DNA of 64,000 bases. Source: Syntrophales bacterium. GTDB taxonomy: Bacteria > Desulfobacterota > Syntrophia > Syntrophales > PHBD01. The translations under genes and the position numbers were made by a program. Positions 40,200 to 48,400 of this stretch are shown here, piece by piece; position 1 is the stretch's first letter, and each line of letters opens with the position of its first letter. The stretch is taken from assembly GCA_963668175.1 (NCBI GenBank), contig OY764159.1, positions 1,856,001 to 1,920,000 on the forward strand, written 5' to 3'. A model generated the notes under the pieces. That model was not told where the DNA came from. It did not search any database and saw only the letters and a program-made list of their open reading frames with translations.

Positions 40200-42176
40200 A
40201 TGTTCCGGGTGGATCGTTCTCCCCGTGATATATTTCGGAGGTTTTTCGTGTCGCCCCTATCTCGTGGTTTGCGCGGCAGCGCCGCCGTATCGCAAGCGGC
40301 ATCAGCCGGCTCCGGTAAAAAGCTTTTCCTGCTCGCCTTCGGGTCTCTCGGCGTCGTCTACGGCGACATCGGCACCAGTCCCCTGTATACCATCAGGGAA
40401 TGTTTTCACGGGCAGCATGCTATCCCGCCGACCGAGGCCAATGTCCTGGGCGTGCTGTCCCTTGTCTTCTGGTCGATGCTCTTCGTCGTCAGCATCAAGT
40501 ATGTCCTCTTCATCCTGCGGGCCGACAACCGGGGCGAAGGCGGCATCTTTGCGCTCCTCGGCCTCCTCGCCCCCGCCGACCGCAGCATCCCGCGGGGCCT
40601 GCAGGCCGCGCTTCTCTTTGCGGGCATCCTCGGGGCAGGCCTTCTTTACGGCGACGGCGTCATTACGCCGGCCATATCCGTCCTTTCCGCCATTGAAGGC
40701 CTGGAAGTCGCCACGACGGCGGCCAAACCCTTCGTTCTGCCCCTGACGTGCGCGGTGCTCGTCACCCTTTTCGTCATCCAGCGCCGGGGCACCGAGCACA
40801 TCGGCAGGCTGTTCGGCCCGATCATGACGATCTGGTTCCTGGCCATCGCCGCCTTCGGCATCGTTCAGATCGTGAAAGAGCCGGAAATCCTCCTCGCGAT
40901 CAATCCCGTTTACGCCTTCCGTTTCTTTGCTCACAACGGTGTCCACAGCGCCGTCGTCCTCGGATCGGTCGTGCTCTGCATCACGGGTTGCGAGGCCCTC
41001 TATGCCGATCTCGGCCATTTCGGAAGGAGCGCCATCCGCATCTCCTGGCTCGGGTTCGCCATGCCCACGCTGCTGTGCAACTATTTCGGCCAGGGGGCGC
41101 TGCTGCTCGCCCACCCGGAAACGGCGGTTAACCCTTTCTACGGAATCGTACCCGTCTTCCTGCTCTATCCCATGGTCATACTGGCCACAACCGCCACGGT
41201 GATCGCCTCGCAGGCGCTGATCTCCGGGGCGTTTTCCCTGACGCAGCAGGCCGTGCAACTAGGGCTTTGCCCGCGCATCCGGATCGTCCACACGTCGCGC
41301 GACGTTCAGGGGCAGATCTACATACCGTTCGTGAACTATACCCTGATGGTCGCCTGCATCGGCATCGTCATCGGCTTCAAGGAATCGAGCGGACTGGCCG
41401 GGGCGTACGGCATCGCCGTGACGGGAACGATGGCCATCACGTCTTTCCTCTATTTCCTGGTCCTGACCCGCGACTGGAAATGGCCGCTATGGAGGGCCCT
41501 GCCGCTTACGGTTTTATTCCTTGCGGTCGATCTCGCCTTCCTCGGCGGCAACCTCTTCAAGATCGCCGACGGCGGCTGGTTTCCCCTGTTCGTGGCCGCT
41601 TTGGTCGCCGTCGCCATGACCACCTGGCGGAGAGGACGGGCGGAGCTCGCCCGCCAGCTCCTGGCGGCGAGATTCCCTCTGGATATGTTCCTCGCGGAAG
41701 TGGCGAAAAACACCCTGCCCAGGGTGCCGGGAACGGCCGTCTTCATGACGCTGTCCCCCGTCGGGACGCCGCCCACGCTGCTGCACCACGTGAAGCACAA
41801 CCATGTCCTGCATAACCAGGTCGTGCTGCTCTCCGTGAGCTTCACCGACGCCCCCCTCATTCCCGAGGTGGAAAGGCTCAAGGTGGAGGCCCTGGGCCAT
41901 GGGTTTTTCCGTCTCGTCGCCTATTACGGGTTTATGCAGACGCCCGACGTGCCGCAGCTCCTGAAATCGGCGTCGCGACACGGCCTCGTCACGGAGCCCA
42001 TGACGACGACCTATTACATGGGCCGGGAAACGCTCCTTACGGGCGGCAGGGCGAAAATGATGAGATGGCGGAAGTCGCTCTTCGCCTTCATGTCCCGAAA
42101 CGCCGGGAACCCCACGCTCTATTTCGGTATCCCCGCCAACCGCGTCGTCGAGCTGGGGACCCAGATCGAGCTTTGA
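40200..42176 (+). CDS. kup: KUP/HAK/KT potassium uptake permease
   Basis: GVVYGDIGTSPLY, ADNRGEGG, GDGVITPAISVLSA, EALYADLGHF, IASQALISG and VVELG; start position uncertain. Confidence 0.96.
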   Translation: MFRVDRSPRDIFRRFFVSPLSRGLRGSAAVSQAASAGSGKKLFLLAFGSLGVVYGDIGTSPLYTIRECFHGQHAIPPTEANVLGVLSLVFWSMLFVVSIKYVLFILRADNRGEGGIFALLGLLAPADRSIPRGLQAALLFAGILGAGLLYGDGVITPAISVLSAIEGLEVATTAAKPFVLPLTCAVLVTLFVIQRRGTEHIGRLFGPIMTIWFLAIAAFGIVQIVKEPEILLAINPVYAFRFFAHNGVHSAVVLGSVVLCITGCEALYADLGHFGRSAIRISWLGFAMPTLLCNYFGQGALLLAHPETAVNPFYGIVPVFLLYPMVILATTATVIASQALISGAFSLTQQAVQLGLCPRIRIVHTSRDVQGQIYIPFVNYTLMVACIGIVIGFKESSGLAGAYGIAVTGTMAITSFLYFLVLTRDWKWPLWRALPLTVLFLAVDLAFLGGNLFKIADGGWFPLFVAALVAVAMTTWRRGRAELARQLLAARFPLDMFLAEVAKNTLPRVPGTAVFMTLSPVGTPPTLLHHVKHNHVLHNQVVLLSVSFTDAPLIPEVERLKVEALGHGFFRLVAYYGFMQTPDVPQLLKSASRHGLVTEPMTTTYYMGRETLLTGGRAKMMRWRKSLFAFMSRNAGNPTLYFGIPANRVVELGTQIEL

Positions 42177-42318
42177 GCCATCGCGACGTCCGCGCGGCGC
42201 CAAAGGGGGCCATTCGCCATCCCTGCCCGCGCCCTGCCCGAGATTTGTCCTGCCATTCGACTCTCAAAATTATATCATATTAATTTCAGATACTTGAATG
42301 GGGCCTAGTGCCGAAGTC

Positions 42319-42529
42319 TGTAAAATTTCTTGCCATTTGACGGAATCGTTGACATCCCTCTATGCTATCCCATAATCGTCAATAATAAAAACATGTTGCA
42401 TATAATTAGGCTGTGTCCGCATCGCCGCCGCTGTTGAACTTCTTTACAAATCGGGAAGGGACGACAGGGGCCGTATACGTCACAACGGTCGTCTATTCAG
42501 ATAGTTATCGGATTGGCACGATTGGTGCT
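42319..42529 (+). promoter_or_regulatory. sigma54 promoter with enhancer (PEP-CTERM box-like) and IHF-like sites
   Basis: TGGCACG-ATTG-GTGCT (42514-42529); TGTTGAACTTCTTTACA (42432-42448); related 17-mers at 42319 and 42338; ATTCAGATAGTTA between enhancer and promoter. Confidence 0.7.
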
Positions 42530-42648
42530 GATTTCAATGATCGTCTTTTATCGTCCGCCGGGAAGCGGCGACGATTGTTTCAGGAGTCGGTCTTTAAGTG
42601 AAAAGGCCCGTTAATAATGGAGAAAATGACACCATAAGGAGAAAGACG

Positions 42649-43338
42649 ATGAAAAGAATGTTTATGGTCTGCCTGTTTGCCTTGATGGCCGTATTCGCGG
42701 CAGCACCCGTCTCGGCGGTCACCGTCGTCGATACGTTCACCGGTCATATCGTTGCTATGGATAGTTACGGCGGTTTGACGACAAACGACTTCAACGGCAA
42801 CTTCGGCGGCGGCAATCTCATCGGCCAGGCGTTCACCCTCGTGATGACGACGACCGTCGATCCCGGAACGACGTACGCCACCGGCAGCGTCTCTTACGGC
42901 TCCTACTATTATCCCCCCAATCCGATTACGGCGGCGCTGACGATCAACGGTTACACCTTCACCATCAACGAGTCCAGCGACGGCTTCACGTCCGATCTGG
43001 GCAGCGGGACCATTGACAAATATCTCCAGGCGTTCGTCTGGAACTCGGGGTTCCAGCTTCAGATGTACGGCATCGTCGTCGATCTCAGCACCCTCGTCGC
43101 CGCCACCAATTCCCTCGATACGGCGCTGCCGTCCATGCTTTTGAGCAACGGCGATTTCATCACCAACTATGCCGCCTTTTACGACCAGTCCATGTTACGC
43201 TATACCGGACAGGTCGAGACGCTCAACCTGGGCATCGAAGAGGTGAATGTCGCGGCTCAGGTGCCCGAACCGGCGACACTCTTCCTTCTGGGGGTCGGCC
43301 TTGTCGGTGCAGGCTTCATCCGACGCCGGAAGGGCTGA
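42649..43338 (+). CDS. PEP-CTERM sorting-domain protein
   Basis: Signal peptide, a T/G/S/N-rich body, and C-terminal VPEPATLFLLGVGLVGAGFIRRRKG; AGGAG RBS before ATG 42649. Confidence 0.93.
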   Translation: MKRMFMVCLFALMAVFAAAPVSAVTVVDTFTGHIVAMDSYGGLTTNDFNGNFGGGNLIGQAFTLVMTTTVDPGTTYATGSVSYGSYYYPPNPITAALTINGYTFTINESSDGFTSDLGSGTIDKYLQAFVWNSGFQLQMYGIVVDLSTLVAATNSLDTALPSMLLSNGDFITNYAAFYDQSMLRYTGQVETLNLGIEEVNVAAQVPEPATLFLLGVGLVGAGFIRRRKG

Positions 43339-43728
43339 CGCCTCCGACGGCGATGGGCGGCGGGACATGCTCCCCGGGCTCGCCCGCCGGGGCATCGACG
43401 TGAATTCGTCGGCCCCGGTTTTCTAACCGCTTCGGTCATCAGAAGGAGATCTGCCCGACGCAACGCCTACGGCAGCGCATGCCATTGGCAAGGACGTCGC
43501 GGATCTCCTTTTGCTCGTTTATCGGGCGCCGTACTTATGGGAAATGTACGGGTTGAATAAATCCGAAAAATATGCCACGCTCGATTTCCGCTCTGCGTCC
43601 GAAGGACGAGGAGGCGGCAAGGGCGTGAGAGAAGAGCGCCCCCAAGAACCGGAACGGACCGGACACCGCCGTATCTTTCCCGGAGGGCATGCGCCGGGCC
43701 GTTTCACAGGAACCTATTCCCGTAGCCT

Positions 43729-44370
43729 ATGCCGACGAGCGTCTATTGCTGCATCGAAAGGATGATCTACTATCTGCGGTATCTGAAGCCGTCGTCCGTC
43801 CTCGACGTCGGCGTCGGCAACGGTAAGATGGGCTTTCTCGTGCGGGATTATCTCGAGATCATGACCGGCCAGACCTACCGGCGGGAAGCGTGGCGCGTCA
43901 GGCTGGACGGCATCGAGGCCTTTGAAAATTACATTCAGGACCATCAAAAGGCGCTGTACGACAGGATCGTCATCGGCGACGCCTTCGAACTGATCGACAC
44001 CCTGGAGGCTTACGACCTCGTCATCCTGGGCGATGTCCTCGAACACTTCGAAAAAGAGAAAGCCTGGACATTCCTGGACAAGTGCGCAGCCCGCGCGAAG
44101 CACATCGTTCTCAACATCCCCCTGGGCGAGGGATGGTCCCAGGACGACGCCTACGGCAACGTCTTCGAGACGCACCGGTCGTTATGGAGAAGCGAGGAAA
44201 TCGAACCTTTCGCCTGCGCCAGGGAGTCCTACGCCCTCGCCCCCGGCGAGTACGGCAGTTACCTTATCGATGCGAAAGACTACGCGGCCTACCGCCGCAC
44301 CGGCGAAACCGTGAAGATGCAGCTCGTCTTCGAAACGACGTCCTCCGTCAGGAGGGTCGTGCGTTCCTGA
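43729..44370 (+). CDS. Class I SAM-dependent methyltransferase
   Basis: SVLDVGVGNGKMG, LDGIEAF and YDLVILGDVLEHF. Confidence 0.85.
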   Translation: MPTSVYCCIERMIYYLRYLKPSSVLDVGVGNGKMGFLVRDYLEIMTGQTYRREAWRVRLDGIEAFENYIQDHQKALYDRIVIGDAFELIDTLEAYDLVILGDVLEHFEKEKAWTFLDKCAARAKHIVLNIPLGEGWSQDDAYGNVFETHRSLWRSEEIEPFACARESYALAPGEYGSYLIDAKDYAAYRRTGETVKMQLVFETTSSVRRVVRS

Positions 44371-44484
44371 CCGTCCCGGCTTAAGCGTTACGCTCCGGGG
44401 CGTCTGCGGACCGACGGTCCTTTCTTTCTGCTGAAAGCGTATGTGTGACTCTTCGCAGCCCCGATAGCGGCGCAAATCGCCGGC

Positions 44485-45276
44485 TCAGGAATGCCGGTCC
44501 GGCGGTATGTCCTGGTCGGCATGCAACTGATCCCGGATCTCCTTGAAAGCCTCTGCTATAAGAGAGGCGTTCTGCTGCCTTCTCGAAAAAAGGTTGACGA
44601 TCTTGATGGCGTAACAGTACGCAACGAGGATGCACCCGAAGAACAGGGAGAACATCAGAAGGAATAGATCGTAGCGGATACCGGCCGATATCCTTTCGAG
44701 ATTGTGCAGGGCGATCAGCGGGAAGTCGTAGGCGGCGTGCAGGGCGACCGGCAGGAGCAGGGCCGTCCAGAGAAATCCGGATTTTCGGGCCTCTTTCCAT
44801 TTTACCAGATAATAGCCCATGATGATTCCCAGCGACGCATGGACCGGAACGGCCGTGATGGCCCGGACGACGGCGGTGCCGAAGCCCGAGTGCGAGACGT
44901 AAAGGACATTCTCGATGGTCGCAAACCCGAGGGAAGCAACCGCCCCGTAGACGAGGCCGTCCATCTCCTCGTCGAACGCCGACCGGCGCATACAGAAGAA
45001 AACGAGCAGGAGGAGCTTGAAGAATTCCTCCGGTACCGCCGCCATAAACAATGCCGTGACAAAACCGTTCAGGTAGGGGCCTTGAACGGCGTGAACGGCG
45101 TCCCGCAGCTGATAGCCGTAGATCGACACGGGAACGGTCAGGAGCACGCCGAGGACGAATGTCCAGATGACCACGCCGATGGGCTCCCGATGCAGGTCCT
45201 TGCGGTAGATGTATACGAGCAGGATCGCCGACGGAATCAGCGCGGCGGGAATGGTGATATAAAGGGAATGTATCAT
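44485..45276 (-). CDS. prsW: PrsW family intramembrane glutamic/metalloprotease
   Basis: D..REP, AAVPEEFFK, FDEEMDGLVYG, LGFATIEN, AVPVHA and LHAAYD; start is 45276 or 45330. Confidence 0.88.
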   Translation of the reverse strand: MIHSLYITIPAALIPSAILLVYIYRKDLHREPIGVVIWTFVLGVLLTVPVSIYGYQLRDAVHAVQGPYLNGFVTALFMAAVPEEFFKLLLLVFFCMRRSAFDEEMDGLVYGAVASLGFATIENVLYVSHSGFGTAVVRAITAVPVHASLGIIMGYYLVKWKEARKSGFLWTALLLPVALHAAYDFPLIALHNLERISAGIRYDLFLLMFSLFFGCILVAYCYAIKIVNLFSRRQQNASLIAEAFKEIRDQLHADQDIPPDRHS

Positions 45277-45424
45277 CGGCAAGGCGCTCCGTTCTCTCCC
45301 CCATGTATCCTCATAGCCGACCTCCGGCATCCGGCACGGCCGGTCCGGGCTCCAGAGTATGTTCGCGGGAAAACGCCCGGCCGCCCCGACTGCGGCTTAT
45401 GCCCGTTTTTCCCGCCCGCCGCTT

Positions 45425-48400
45425 CTACTTCTTATGGACGACGAATTTGGCCGGCGCCGACCAGCCCTGGATCGTCGGCTCGTACATGCATTCCATCCTC
45501 GCCGGTTTCGCGAGGAACTGGCCGGGCAGTTCGGCGCGCATCGTGTAGCCGATTTCGTATACGTCGCCCTTCCGGATCTTGGTCAGGAAGAAGACCATCC
45601 GGTTGTCCCATCTTTCACTGTGGGCATACGGCTGATAGTCGTCGTAGACGTTTTTCTTCACGACCTCGAAACCGGCGGGCAGGTAATCTTCCAGCACCAG
45701 GTATTCCAGATCGTCCTGGGCCCGGAATTTGATCTTGACGAGGATTTCGTCGCCGATCGCAAGCCCCAGTTTGTCGTCGATGAACTGCGGCACCAGGTAT
45801 TCGTGGTTGTTGACGTCCCTGACCCGCGTCGCGTGGTAGTAGCTCCGGACGAGGGTCAGGCCGTTGTCGAGGGCTCGGAGGCTCTTGTGTTCCGATGAAA
45901 AGACGGACAGCACCGATTCCGCCATCTTGCCGATGGCCTTTCCGGCTCTGTCGAACATCGAGCCTTCTTCTCCCGATTTCAGGAACGACAGGAACCGGTT
46001 TTCCCTGTAATAGAGGTTGCCGTTGACGGTCAGGTTGAAGCTGACATCCGCGCCGGCCGTGCCCGAGGCTTCGATCCGGAAGTTCTTTTCAGGTGCGGCT
46101 TGGGCGAGCCTGATCTTTTTCGTCAGTCTGTCGGGATGGCCCAGGGACGCCTCGTCGTAATCGATGGCGGCGATTTTGATGCCGTCCATGGTAAAGACGG
46201 CCGTTCCTTTTTCCGCCGCCGTTTTACTCAGGCCGCGGTAATACCGGCATACGGAGAAAATGACCGCCGCCGTTTCCTTCGTCGATTTCCATGCCCCGCT
46301 CTTGCCCCGTTTCATGAGAGAAATGACGGCCTGTGAGGGCAGGGTCGTGTTGTCTCGCGCGGCGGCGAGGGCCGAGAGGACATGGGCGGTGATCTCCGTA
46401 TCGCCGCCCGGCCATCGCCACGGATGGTTGTCCGCCTGGGTCCAGTAAACCCCGAAGCGGTCCCTCTTTTGCATGGCTTTGAGGGCGGCCAGTTGGGGCT
46501 GCATCTGCGCCGCGACGGCGGCTTTCCTGTCTTTGCCCATTTCGATCTTTTCGGCGTTGGCCATCGCCATGATGAGATAGGCGCGGCAGTATGGGTTGAG
46601 ATTGGTTTTCCGGATGAATTCGTTGAAGGCCCCGTCGTTCCATCTTCCCCACAGGGTTTGTGCGTAAAAGAGAAACACCCTGCCGTCGTCGCCGCCGACG
46701 ACATGTCCCTGGAGCATGCGGTCGACGGCCGCAAGCGCCTTTTCGACACGCGCTTCGTCCACCGCGTATTTGAAGTCTTTTGCCATGCTCAGGGCGAAGA
46801 GGACGTAACCGGTGACGAATTCGCTGCCTTCGTCGCCGCTCCACCAGCCCCAGGAACCGTCTTCGTTCTGGAAATTCTGAATCCGCCGCACGCCGTCCTT
46901 GATCTTGGCGTCGAGCTTGGCATCCTGGGTCACCGCGAGGCCGCGCTGCCGGAGCAGGTCTTTGAGGGCCAGGGCGGGCAGGAAGCCGTTTAAGGTCTGC
47001 TCGATGCACCCGTAGGGGAAGTTGGCGAGGTATTCCGAGCCGCGGAGAAGCTGGGAGATGGGGCTCGGGTTCAGGGCGATGACCAGTTCGGAAGGCCGGT
47101 AGACGAAATCGTCCGTGTCTTTGAGCGGCGCCATCTCGACGACTTTGTTGGCGCCCATATCGCCTACGCCGTAGAGCTTGTACTCGACGCCGCGGCTGTA
47201 AACGGGCACGGCGATCCTGAGGGCGTCCTTGGCCTGTTTGTCGGCCACGGCCTGGAAGAAGAGGGCCATGTCCGCCTTGCCCTCGGGGACTTTGACGTTG
47301 TAGTAATTGCTGGCGACGCCGAAGGCGGGCAGGCTCATTTTCACGTTTTGTTCCGGCGCGACGAGCAGATTGTCCACCTTGAATTCCGTGGTCACGGAGG
47401 GCAGGCCCCGCCTGGTATTGCTGTTGACGATCCCGATGAGGCCGAGGGTGTCGCCCTCGATGAAAAAGCGAGGTTTGCCGATCCGGGCAATGAGATCCTG
47501 GGTCACGAGGATTTCGCTCTTCTTCTCGCCGACCTTGCCGCCGAGATCGTGCCCGCGGGCCGTCAGCCGCCAGGTCGTCAGGTTGTCGGGCAGGGTGAAT
47601 TCCACCGTTGCCGAACCGTTTGCGTCGGTCCTGATGCCGCCGTTCCAGTAGGCCGTATCGGCGAATTTTTCCCGGATCTTGACTTTCCCTTCCTTCCCGG
47701 CCCCGGCGAGGACGGTGAAGGGATAGGAGTAGCTCGTCAGCACCCAGTTCGAGTTCTTGGCGTAGAAGTAGTCTCTCATCCTGGGCGTATGGTCGCGGCG
47801 GATCAGGTAGATCGCCTCGTCGACGGCGCCGAGGGAGATGTCGGCCCTCACCGGCTTGCCCGCCTCGTCGGTCGCCTTGATCCTGATCTTTGCCTTGTCG
47901 CCGGGCAGGTATTTCTCCCTGTCGGCCTTGAGATCGATGTTCAGGTTGATCCCCGCGTTCGGCAGGGTCACTTCCGTACTGCTCGTGAACAGGGCGCGGC
48001 CCCTCTGCATCGTGGCCGTAATGAAGACGTTGGGGGCGTACTCCTTTTTGATATCGAGTTTTACCGCCGCCACGTGGCCCTTCAGTCTGACGAGCCGCTG
48101 CTCGTGGATGTCCTTGCCTTCGACGGTCAATAGAAGCGTCGAATCGGCGTATCGGCTTTTGACGAGGCAGGTGATCTCGCCCGGCTTCTCCAGGTCCGCT
48201 TCGCTCACCGAAAGTTCCAGGTTCTTGAGCCGCGACTCCACGCTTGCCGCGCCCAGGCCGTATATCCAGACGACCCGGGACGCCGCGATCAGGTTGTCCC
48301 TTTTGTCCCGGCCCTGGGCGACGATGTCGTATTCGCCGTAGTCAGCGAAGCGGTCGGGCAGTTCGACCTTCGCCAGGCCCGCCGCGTCGGTCTCGACCTT

